From a virus (Duplodnaviria; Caudoviricetes): a DNA stretch of 36,295 nucleotides. The stretch's first letter is position 1. Each line of letters opens with the position of its first letter. The notes below the pieces were generated by a model. The model saw only the letters and a list, made by a program, of their open reading frames with translations. It ran no database searches and had not been told where the DNA came from. Where the stretch lies: the IMG/VR virus record IMGVR_UViG_3300037991_001091, positions 1-36,295 of that record, one strand, 5' to 3'. A program made the position numbers and the translations under genes. This document shows positions 16,201-23,447 of the stretch, piece by piece.

Positions 16201-19053
16201 TTAAGCGTAGGTGATAGGGTAGCCTCGCACAAGTTCTTTTTAGGAGAGCGAGTATCAACTGAAGTTGATGTAAATTATGAGGAGGCCGATAGGTTTGCAT
16301 CAATGACCTACAGCGGGTTTTACAACGATGAAACAAACTATAACTCTCTTAATGAGTTTAATCTAGCGGATATCAACTACAAAGACCTTGATAAGAACTT
16401 TGGGGAGATAATGATTTTAGCTGACAGGAGCGAAGATATATTGGTTCTTCAAGAAGACAGAATATCTAGGGTGCTAGTGTCTAAAAATATATTGTCAGAC
16501 GAGCAAGGCAGCGAACTGCTTGCTAAATCAAATACTTTTTTAGGCAATCAATTACCAAGACCAGAGGAGTTTGGTATTAGTAGAAATGCTGAGAGTTTTG
16601 CCAAGTATGGATACGACTATTATTTTACTGATGCCAAAAGAGGAGCAGTTATAAGAGTTTCGGGTACGGGTGCTAGGGCTCAAAATGACCAAGTGGCTAT
16701 AGTTTCTAATGTAGGCATGAAGTCTTTTTTTAGAGATGAACTAAAGAGTTCTATAAACAAAATAAACTTGGGTGAGTATGATGAGCACTCACAAGAATAT
16801 GTTCTATCTAGCACTATAGAAAATTTGCCAGAGCCTACATTTATAGAGCCCTGCAACGTGATTATTAACAGAAGAATTGACGGGCCTGAATCTGGAACTA
16901 ATAGTAGTACAAATACCGATATAGATGTAGGGGATACTGTTGGAGATATAGCAATAGTGGTAGACATTGAAGACATAAAAGACTTTGTTGTCGATGGAGA
17001 TGTAACTTCCAATCCTACGTCTAAGGTTAAGGGAACTGCAACTGAAACGGGAGCGACCAACAAACTTATTGACGAATCTCAAACTTTTAGCACGTCAGTA
17101 GTTGTTGGAGATATTGTTAGGGTTGATGGCACAAGCACCGCTATAGCGATTGCCACTATTGATTCTGACACACAACTAGGTTTCGCTGCAAAAATAGGCA
17201 TAGAGCAAGGGCAGTCTTACACCATTATAAGCGCTGCAAATTCATTGAAGCTTATAGATACCAATGCTACGTTTGTTACTAGCGGAGTTACTACTGCCTG
17301 TCAATTGAGAAACAAAAGAACAGGCCAGTCGGCTAATGTATCTGCGGTAACTTCTGAGACAGAGATATCATTAAGTAGTGGCATATTTACGCTAGAGGAC
17401 CCATACGAAATAACAAAGGCTGTCACCGTGGGAGTGACGCCAACGATAACATGGGATGGAGCTGTGAAAGCTGGAAGTGGTTCTGCTATAACTACTGACA
17501 CTACCTACACGTTTACTAAAACATCATCTACACCTAGAAGGCTAAACTTAAATATGGCTTACCCATCAGGGTTAATTGGTCAGTTTAAGGTTACCGCCCC
17601 ATGCCCATCAGCAGACAGGCTTAATGTATATAATATTCTTCTCACTAGCAACGAAAAGGCTGCTTCGCAGGTTGGATACGCATTATCAAGAATAGAGAGT
17701 GGAGGTTATTCTGTTTTAGAAGGAGGCCAATTTAGTTGTGGTTCGGGCACAGGAGTTGTGGTTAGTGAATTTATTGCTACTGCTGGGTTGCCTGGCAATG
17801 GCGTAATTCCTGCCGTTGGAGACACTATAAGAATGGCTGCTTTCAATACTGAGTCATTCACCTTAGATGATATGACCACAAGCACTAGACACGACTTCAA
17901 ACATTTGTTATCAAACACCCAATATGCGGCTTCTGACATACAAACTATATTATCTGGAGCAACCACAATATCGACTGTTACCGCAAACGGTGCAGGCAAT
18001 GGATACTTTGGTGAATTTACTTTAAGTTCTAGACCTGCGGGACACGACCATTTATATCTTGTTTGGGATTTGAGAAATACTGTTACTGGAACGTTTAATC
18101 AAAAAGTGCCTGTGACATCTTTCGATGATGACCTTTATGACGTATGCTGTACGGGCTCATCAACAGGAACTTACTTTATAGATGCAGACGACAAAAACAA
18201 AGTTACAGGCGTGTTTACAAACGCCAACATGTCTACTCTAGCTTCAGACGGACTATATAGCTTGGGTAATGGTGTGGCGTACTATATGAATGGAGGGTCA
18301 TTTGGGGGAACAGTATCTTGCCCAACTTGTGCTGAACTATGTTCCACATTTAATGAAAGCGGAGATAACGTGTTCCCTAACCAAGAGCTTTACAACTTCC
18401 CAGTTGAACTTCAAGCAGCCACAGGGGCAGTGATTGTTAGATTAAAACCAAGCAGAACAACAACGGGTGCGTTAGCAACGGGCATAGACTATGCGGGTAA
18501 TATGATTGCAAGTTTAGGCACTAATACCGTAAACTCTTACACATCATCCCTTAATGGATTTGTAGAGAAGTTCTTTTCTTATAACGGGGTTGTTGCTCCA
18601 CTACCATCTTCAGGGACTGCTACCATACCATTCACAATTAAAGACTGGGATGGCACTAATTACAACTTAAGCGGTACGCAAAACATAATTGTTAATAGCT
18701 CAGACGTAACTACGGTTACAAACGCAGCTGAATATGTGATGGTAATTCCTAAAACAACTGCTACGCCATCAAGATTGCTAATCAATCTTTTCTTGGTTAA
18801 GTCTCAGTTGTTTAACATAGATGTTGCTTGTCCTGCTGCACTACCATCATTCCAAATTGCAGGTCCTATTACAGTATACCACTCCACGTTTAGTGGGGGG
18901 ACAGGAGGGACTCCTGCTCTTTACAATCATGTGTTTACAGACCCTAACGGAGCAACAAAGATTGCGGCTGGCACTTATAGTACAGTTGGAGTTACTGGGG
19001 TGTCTAGTATAGTAGTCGATTCAAATGGAATAATAACAACAGTAACACCATAA
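13201..19053 (+). CDS. Tail stabilization/nozzle (muzzle)-like protein with a long beta-rich C-terminal extension (1950 aa)
   Basis: N-terminus GRMNKGVDKRILPEGEYIDAMNIR; propeller-like motifs LLFFTDDLNPPRRIN, GNRLVYGNY, GIVYLDEYNR, FGISRNAESFA and YYFTDAKRGAVIR. T/S/G-rich extension after about 16810. Confidence 0.7.
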   Translation: MKETRSFLKGRMNKGVDKRILPEGEYIDAMNIRVNSPGNNDDIGAVQNVKGSRRLTELEFAGQRLSFAAKCIGAFADDTNETIYWFVHDPGGTNADGQTAVAVDMIVSYNMNTDQLLYHVISVSVLNFNPKYLITGVNRIDDLLFFTDDLNPPRRINVNRHYAFPTGASPYTDALTEDDISVIVKPPALPPSIKMVNTGAEENFIDDKLIAFAYRYKYRDGECSALSSFSELAFQAKKFEFNRSSYDNGGMENRFNAVEVTFNTGPNSVDSIQLCYKVSDTNTISVVQTYDKNDLGYPDNIDKTIVFDNSKAYAALPSNQLARAYDNVPLKAKAQTISGNRLVYGNYNDGRDLTDSDGNDVKIAYTSERKINTDDFFKTSANTTINTITYDIETPSATRSVEGKVTVDFSDVSLEKDNEISLIFYFTRDDSVSTYSLLTDEVKTFEAEISYVLPKTYTSIYEVFSSDEFKRALGYLDSTGTNLNFINTSSTLNNNPMCGVSSNFTEEYICAYERIRNRSNLTMLGDGINGIGATVGLLVQTKPIEITTNPGSNDVGFSFPAFKVSHDGANYYEYFDVTAVDFFSSQIGNGQKSLHSNRDYDLGIVYLDEYNRATTVLTSENNTTYVPASGSDEINIVRARIPLTQKPPAWAKKYKFFLKCSGGNYDTIFSDVAYIDNTDGTCYFKLEGDNQNKMKTGDVLTVKADSSGTLNKLSKVTVLDIEAFGENDVPGNTTSLQGLYMSIKPENKMSVESVGTEIINISPESKSTRGGAQPSMFIKLYEETGSPSAADNYPINAGDLVSLRITHQREGTTARCEEIIDEFRIDNFVAQADYANFKEFFDGHNGGINWNDIKFDSGAGTLDARYYSALGTSQPPLSAATFQGAPQGEHRFQFVADSNGRILLKTQAGRKGCRRLKKMKTTGKVKIIKNSGFYAFETQAQEITSEIYYEGNQVFDIANDSASKLVHKGNVQNQDTATSTDAICDLNFHNCYTFFNGVESLSVGDRVASHKFFLGERVSTEVDVNYEEADRFASMTYSGFYNDETNYNSLNEFNLADINYKDLDKNFGEIMILADRSEDILVLQEDRISRVLVSKNILSDEQGSELLAKSNTFLGNQLPRPEEFGISRNAESFAKYGYDYYFTDAKRGAVIRVSGTGARAQNDQVAIVSNVGMKSFFRDELKSSINKINLGEYDEHSQEYVLSSTIENLPEPTFIEPCNVIINRRIDGPESGTNSSTNTDIDVGDTVGDIAIVVDIEDIKDFVVDGDVTSNPTSKVKGTATETGATNKLIDESQTFSTSVVVGDIVRVDGTSTAIAIATIDSDTQLGFAAKIGIEQGQSYTIISAANSLKLIDTNATFVTSGVTTACQLRNKRTGQSANVSAVTSETEISLSSGIFTLEDPYEITKAVTVGVTPTITWDGAVKAGSGSAITTDTTYTFTKTSSTPRRLNLNMAYPSGLIGQFKVTAPCPSADRLNVYNILLTSNEKAASQVGYALSRIESGGYSVLEGGQFSCGSGTGVVVSEFIATAGLPGNGVIPAVGDTIRMAAFNTESFTLDDMTTSTRHDFKHLLSNTQYAASDIQTILSGATTISTVTANGAGNGYFGEFTLSSRPAGHDHLYLVWDLRNTVTGTFNQKVPVTSFDDDLYDVCCTGSSTGTYFIDADDKNKVTGVFTNANMSTLASDGLYSLGNGVAYYMNGGSFGGTVSCPTCAELCSTFNESGDNVFPNQELYNFPVELQAATGAVIVRLKPSRTTTGALATGIDYAGNMIASLGTNTVNSYTSSLNGFVEKFFSYNGVVAPLPSSGTATIPFTIKDWDGTNYNLSGTQNIIVNSSDVTTVTNAAEYVMVIPKTTATPSRLLINLFLVKSQLFNIDVACPAALPSFQIAGPITVYHSTFSGGTGGTPALYNHVFTDPNGATKIAAGTYSTVGVTGVSSIVVDSNGIITTVTP

Positions 19054-19054
19054 T

Positions 19055-19933
19055 ATGCTAATAAGAAAAGGAGATACAGGAGAAGAAGTAAGACAGATTC
19101 AGCAAGAACTAGATATCGAGGCTGATGGCGTTTTTGGCCCCATAACTGAGTCTGCTGTTATGAGGTTTCAGGTAGAAGAACATTTAGATGTAGATGGCAT
19201 AGTAGGGCCTAAGACTTGGGCTGCTTTATTTGGATTGACCACAGACATTCAAGAGTCACTAGACAGTCAACACGGAATTGTTATTAACCATCACATACTA
19301 CCAAAGGGTCAATACCTTAAAGGACCAACTAAAAAGGAATGGCTGTTTCTGCACCACACAGCAGGATGGCATAACCCATATCGCACTATCGACCATTGGG
19401 GCAGAGACAGCAGGGGGCGAATTGCAACCGAGTTTGTTTTAGGTGGCCCATCTATATTTAACGATGATTTCAAGTACGACGGTGAGATTGTCAAGTGTAT
19501 ACCCGACGGAGGTTATGCTTGGCATTTAGGAAGGAACGGATTTCAAGAGATGCACACAAATAGTGTCGGTATAGAGGTGTGTAACTTTGGATACCTAAAG
19601 AATGGGAAGACATACGCTGGACATACTGTCCACGAAGACCACAGGGTCGAGTTGTCAAAAGAATTCAAGGGGTACAAGAATTGGCATAGATACTCTGACG
19701 CTCAGATTGAGTCCCTGCGTAAGCTAATATTGTTTATTGCAGACAGAGACAACATAGATGTCAGAGAGGGTCTCCCTGCCCTTATAAAAGAAAAGGGGGC
19801 TGATGCCTTTGAATGGAACGAGAAAGCCTACTACGGACAAGTTAAAGGTCTTCTGTCGCATTCTAACACCAACAAGGGCAAGAGCGATATGTTCCCTCAA
19901 GAAGAATTATTAACCATGTTAACAGAACTATAA
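19055..19933 (+). CDS. N-acetylmuramoyl-L-alanine amidase (endolysin-like) with an N-terminal peptidoglycan-binding domain
   Basis: PG-binding signature ADGVFGPITESAVMRFQ...VDGIVGPKTW; Amidase_2-like zinc motifs FLHHTAG, AWHLG, SVGIEVCN and LSHS...KSD. Confidence 0.88.
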   Translation: MLIRKGDTGEEVRQIQQELDIEADGVFGPITESAVMRFQVEEHLDVDGIVGPKTWAALFGLTTDIQESLDSQHGIVINHHILPKGQYLKGPTKKEWLFLHHTAGWHNPYRTIDHWGRDSRGRIATEFVLGGPSIFNDDFKYDGEIVKCIPDGGYAWHLGRNGFQEMHTNSVGIEVCNFGYLKNGKTYAGHTVHEDHRVELSKEFKGYKNWHRYSDAQIESLRKLILFIADRDNIDVREGLPALIKEKGADAFEWNEKAYYGQVKGLLSHSNTNKGKSDMFPQEELLTMLTEL

Positions 19934-20802
19934 TGGCATATACAGTTACATATACACCAACATCACCAGATGACAATGTGGGAGGATGGGTTTCTTTTTA
20001 CTCATTTTCACCCGAATATATGGCTGGAATGAATAGTGATTTCTTTTCTTTTAAGAATGGCAATCTAAACATACACAATTCGGAAACAAATGGAAGGGCT
20101 ACATTTTATGCGGAGGAACGAATAGATGGAGACTCATCAATAATACCATTTGTCACGCCAAAAATAAAAACTTGCTTCAACGAAACGCCTATAACATCTA
20201 AAGTGTTTAAGGCAATAAGGGTTCTTTCTGAGGTCGAAAATTCTTCATCTTTGCGTACTAGTCTTCAGACAGATATGAACTCAGGGACTACTGTTTCTTT
20301 CGTAAAAAAGGAAAACGCAGAATTTGCATACATAAGACAGGTAGGATATGGTGATGATGTTAGGTTTTTTAAAGGTGTGGGCACGGCTCCTGCCTCGGTA
20401 AGTTATTTTGGAGGAACTCCCACAGGCCTCATGTCGTCTATTGGATACACTGCTGAAAGCTCACCAGCCAATACTGTTATTCAGTATGAGTTAGGGTTTC
20501 CAATAAACACATCTATAAGGGTTAATGATTTGGTATATGTAAACCGAGTTGCTGTAGGCAATATCACTAAAATAATTAATAGAAAAGACAAGGTGGCAAT
20601 AGAGCTATTTATCGACTTAACACTCCCAAATCCACCCACTCCTCCTGCACCTGGAGATTATATATCTGTAGCTGCAAGAGTTAGTGAAAATGAGTCTGCT
20701 GGTATTACAGGGCACATTATGGAAATGGACTTAAGTATTAACACACCATCTAGAGCCGAAGTATACGCCGTAGAGGCCGACTATATGGAGAGTAAGCCGT
20801 AG
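19933..20802 (+). CDS. Tail structural protein resembling the C-terminal part of stabilization/nozzle proteins
   Basis: Begins YTVTY...GWVSFYSFSPEYMAGMNSDFFSFKNGNLNIH and contains FNETPITSKVFKAI and FVKKE, motifs I recall from the C-terminal end of such proteins. Confidence 0.6.
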   Translation: MAYTVTYTPTSPDDNVGGWVSFYSFSPEYMAGMNSDFFSFKNGNLNIHNSETNGRATFYAEERIDGDSSIIPFVTPKIKTCFNETPITSKVFKAIRVLSEVENSSSLRTSLQTDMNSGTTVSFVKKENAEFAYIRQVGYGDDVRFFKGVGTAPASVSYFGGTPTGLMSSIGYTAESSPANTVIQYELGFPINTSIRVNDLVYVNRVAVGNITKIINRKDKVAIELFIDLTLPNPPTPPAPGDYISVAARVSENESAGITGHIMEMDLSINTPSRAEVYAVEADYMESKP

Positions 20803-20809
20803 TTTTTAG

Positions 20810-20817
20810 TATATTTG
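20810..20817 (+). promoter_or_regulatory. Bacteroidota-type -7 promoter element (TATATTTG) upstream of the ejection-protein genes
   Basis: Exact TAnnTTTG match in a 31-bp intergenic gap. Confidence 0.6.
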
Positions 20818-20833
20818 TAAAATATACTTTTCT

Positions 20834-21685
20834 ATGGCAAACGGGTTTAACAACTTTAGAGATTTCAATCTGCGTTCTGGAAGCCCCAACTTTGGGATGA
20901 GCGGCAATCTTTATCAAGATTACTTAAAAAATACAAACCCTCTTCTTTTTAATCAAAAATTTGGAGGACCATCATTTACAGGCGCAGGTGCAGGCGCAGG
21001 TATAGGCGCAGGTGCAGGCGCAGGTACAGGCGCAGGTGCAGGAGGTTTAGGATTACTAGGCAAGATTGGTGGTGCTGTAGGAGCAGCAATGCCTGTTATT
21101 GGAGCGGCATCTTCCCTTATAGGAGGAATCGTGAATTTTGCTAAAGCAATAAAAGACAAGAGACAAGCTCAGCAGGACACGATGCGGTCCAACAGATTAA
21201 TTAATAAATCCATTGGCGAAATCACTAAACTCGAATCAGAAGAGTTAAGAATTGACAACACAGCCTTTGATGAGGCAATGAGGGCTAGTCAAATAGCGTC
21301 GGCACAGCAAATTGATGCGGCTCAAGCCGCAGGCCCCAAGGCTGCTCAGGCAACCGCACAAGCCATTCAAAGTGGAGTAGCGGCACAGCAGTTTGGATTA
21401 GCAGCTGAACAAGCCAAACAAATACAAGCTAGAGACGAAGCTGTTATACAAGAAAAACAGAATGTAGCCGCGCAAATGGCAAACCTTTATGGAAGCGAGT
21501 CTCAGTTCTTAAGAGAGCGTGCAGAGGGATTGAGAGCGGCTAGACAGAAAAACTTAGCAGCAGGAACTGCTGGGCTGTTTGGTATGGCTCCTGCACTTGC
21601 TCCAGGCGTACCACTATATGGGACGGAGGCGTATAACAATCAATTCGTATCGCAGGCGGGTGTCAATAATCAACAAACAGGATAA
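20834..21685 (+). CDS. Putative internal virion/DNA ejection protein 1
   Basis: G/A-rich hydrophobic segment (LGLLGKIGGAVGAAMPVIGAASSLIGGIV), Q/A-rich coiled coil and a second G/A segment; first of three genes of increasing size, as in the T7 gp14-16 and P22 ejection operons. Confidence 0.6.
   Translation: MANGFNNFRDFNLRSGSPNFGMSGNLYQDYLKNTNPLLFNQKFGGPSFTGAGAGAGIGAGAGAGTGAGAGGLGLLGKIGGAVGAAMPVIGAASSLIGGIVNFAKAIKDKRQAQQDTMRSNRLINKSIGEITKLESEELRIDNTAFDEAMRASQIASAQQIDAAQAAGPKAAQATAQAIQSGVAAQQFGLAAEQAKQIQARDEAVIQEKQNVAAQMANLYGSESQFLRERAEGLRAARQKNLAAGTAGLFGMAPALAPGVPLYGTEAYNNQFVSQAGVNNQQTG
20981..21040 (+). repeat. Five tandem 12-bp repeats GGCGCAGGT(GCA/ATA/ACA) encoding (GAGX)5
   Basis: ggcgcaggtgca ggcgcaggtata ggcgcaggtgca ggcgcaggtaca ggcgcaggtgca. 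Confidence 0.9.
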
Positions 21686-21687
21686 TA

Positions 21688-23445
21688 GTGGCAATAAACC
21701 AAAATTTTCAGCAGCAGGACTTTTTCTCTAGGTCTCCTAGGGATGTAAGCAAAGACGTAGTAGATTGGTCAGAGATTACGGGTAAGTTCGTAGACTTTAT
21801 CAATTTAGAGCGTGACCGTAGAATGGCGGCAAAGGCAGAGATAGATAAGAACATATCTACAACGCTTGCCACTATGGATAACCTAGATGTTGGTATGGAC
21901 GTGGACTTCAACAACTTTATGTTTGAGGGAGCAAACAACATGAGGCAATACCTATTGACACAAGAAAAACTTCTAAAGAGTAATCAGATTTCAGTAGCTG
22001 AGTTTAAGAGAAACCTTACTAACACCGAAGGCTTGGTTACTAACTTCAAGAATTACACCACACAATACAATGAGGCCGTTGCAAAACGAGACCGAATGAG
22101 AATGGGTGTTGATGCAGAAGGTAATCCAATTGAAGGAGGCCCAATACTTAGTGAGGGAGACGGATGGCTTATGCAGCATACGGGTCGATATATGGACTTC
22201 GGAAATGCGGAGTTAGTCGTAGGAAGAGATGGCACGGGCGGCGTTGTATTCACCACGGGAGACCCCAACAGGCCATATGATATATCTAGCACTCAGTCAA
22301 TGGGTAACCTACTCAATTTAAGTCAGCAGATGTTCACCGTGTATGATGTGCAATCTGATGTAACAGCGTTTGTTGATGAAATAGGTAAAGCGACTCAGGG
22401 TAACATTAGATTGAATACAACTAGTGAAAAATTTAACGAAGCCTATATTCCTGCTAAAAATGACTACATTGAATCAATAGTTGAAAACCCTGAGAAACTA
22501 CAGTCGTTGGCATCTGACTATCTTCTTAAGGGCGATGACATCTACGAGATGTACACCACAGATGAATCAAAAATGGATGATGAAAATGCTCTTGTTTTTG
22601 TAACTCGTAATGGATATCTTATGCCAGCTATGAATAGCAAGGGGTGGGAGAATATCAAGACCAAGGCTAGGGAGTTTTTATCAAACCAAATAGATGTTCA
22701 GACAGAAGAAACAACTAAGTTTACTCAGGGACGAATTGACCCCGACAAGAGTGAAAAAGAACAATTAAATGCGTTGTATGGGGCAATGCAACGAGCTATT
22801 GAAACTGGAGATGTTTCATCTCTTAATCTTGCGGCGCAGGGGGCTGGGAATTCAATGACATTTGACCCTAGTACTGGTACAGCCACGTTTGGAGGCAGGC
22901 CATACAATGTGAATGACCCTGTAGAAAGAATGGAATGGTTTGAGGCGGCAGGTACATCAGCAACAGGCAGAATGGATTTGGCTGAAGAAAGATATAAGCG
23001 GGGAGCCTACGCAAGTGCCGCGGCAACAAACCAAGGAGGCGTAATAGAAGGATTACCACCTGAGTCATACGATGATGAAACTAGCAGTTCAAGGCAGTCT
23101 TCAGGGGCTGGAGCATATATGATTCCTACAGGCTCAGGAAGTGAGATAGCCTTTGAGTCAATTAATAATCCTAACGACCTAAAGCTCAATAGTGGATGGG
23201 ATGCAAGCGCAGATGATGCGGGGCTTAGAGAGCAAGAACTTAACGATGCTTTTGGTTATTTATCAGAATTAACTTCGGGAAAAGCTGTTAAGGTTAAGGA
23301 GGAGGTTACTAGGAATGGTAACTTTTGGGTAGTAAAAGATGGTGACGGCATGGAGTTAGCAAGGATATCTGACGGCATAAATGGCGCTCAATTTAACAGC
23401 GAAGTATACGAAGCATACGAAGATATTAGACCTTTAATAGAGTAA
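21688..23445 (+). CDS. Putative internal virion/DNA ejection protein 2 (585 aa, GTG start)
   Basis: Helical N-terminus; lies between the small and giant putative ejection genes. Function inferred from synteny only. Confidence 0.5.
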   Translation: MAINQNFQQQDFFSRSPRDVSKDVVDWSEITGKFVDFINLERDRRMAAKAEIDKNISTTLATMDNLDVGMDVDFNNFMFEGANNMRQYLLTQEKLLKSNQISVAEFKRNLTNTEGLVTNFKNYTTQYNEAVAKRDRMRMGVDAEGNPIEGGPILSEGDGWLMQHTGRYMDFGNAELVVGRDGTGGVVFTTGDPNRPYDISSTQSMGNLLNLSQQMFTVYDVQSDVTAFVDEIGKATQGNIRLNTTSEKFNEAYIPAKNDYIESIVENPEKLQSLASDYLLKGDDIYEMYTTDESKMDDENALVFVTRNGYLMPAMNSKGWENIKTKAREFLSNQIDVQTEETTKFTQGRIDPDKSEKEQLNALYGAMQRAIETGDVSSLNLAAQGAGNSMTFDPSTGTATFGGRPYNVNDPVERMEWFEAAGTSATGRMDLAEERYKRGAYASAAATNQGGVIEGLPPESYDDETSSSRQSSGAGAYMIPTGSGSEIAFESINNPNDLKLNSGWDASADDAGLREQELNDAFGYLSELTSGKAVKVKEEVTRNGNFWVVKDGDGMELARISDGINGAQFNSEVYEAYEDIRPLIE

Positions 23446-23447
23446 GA

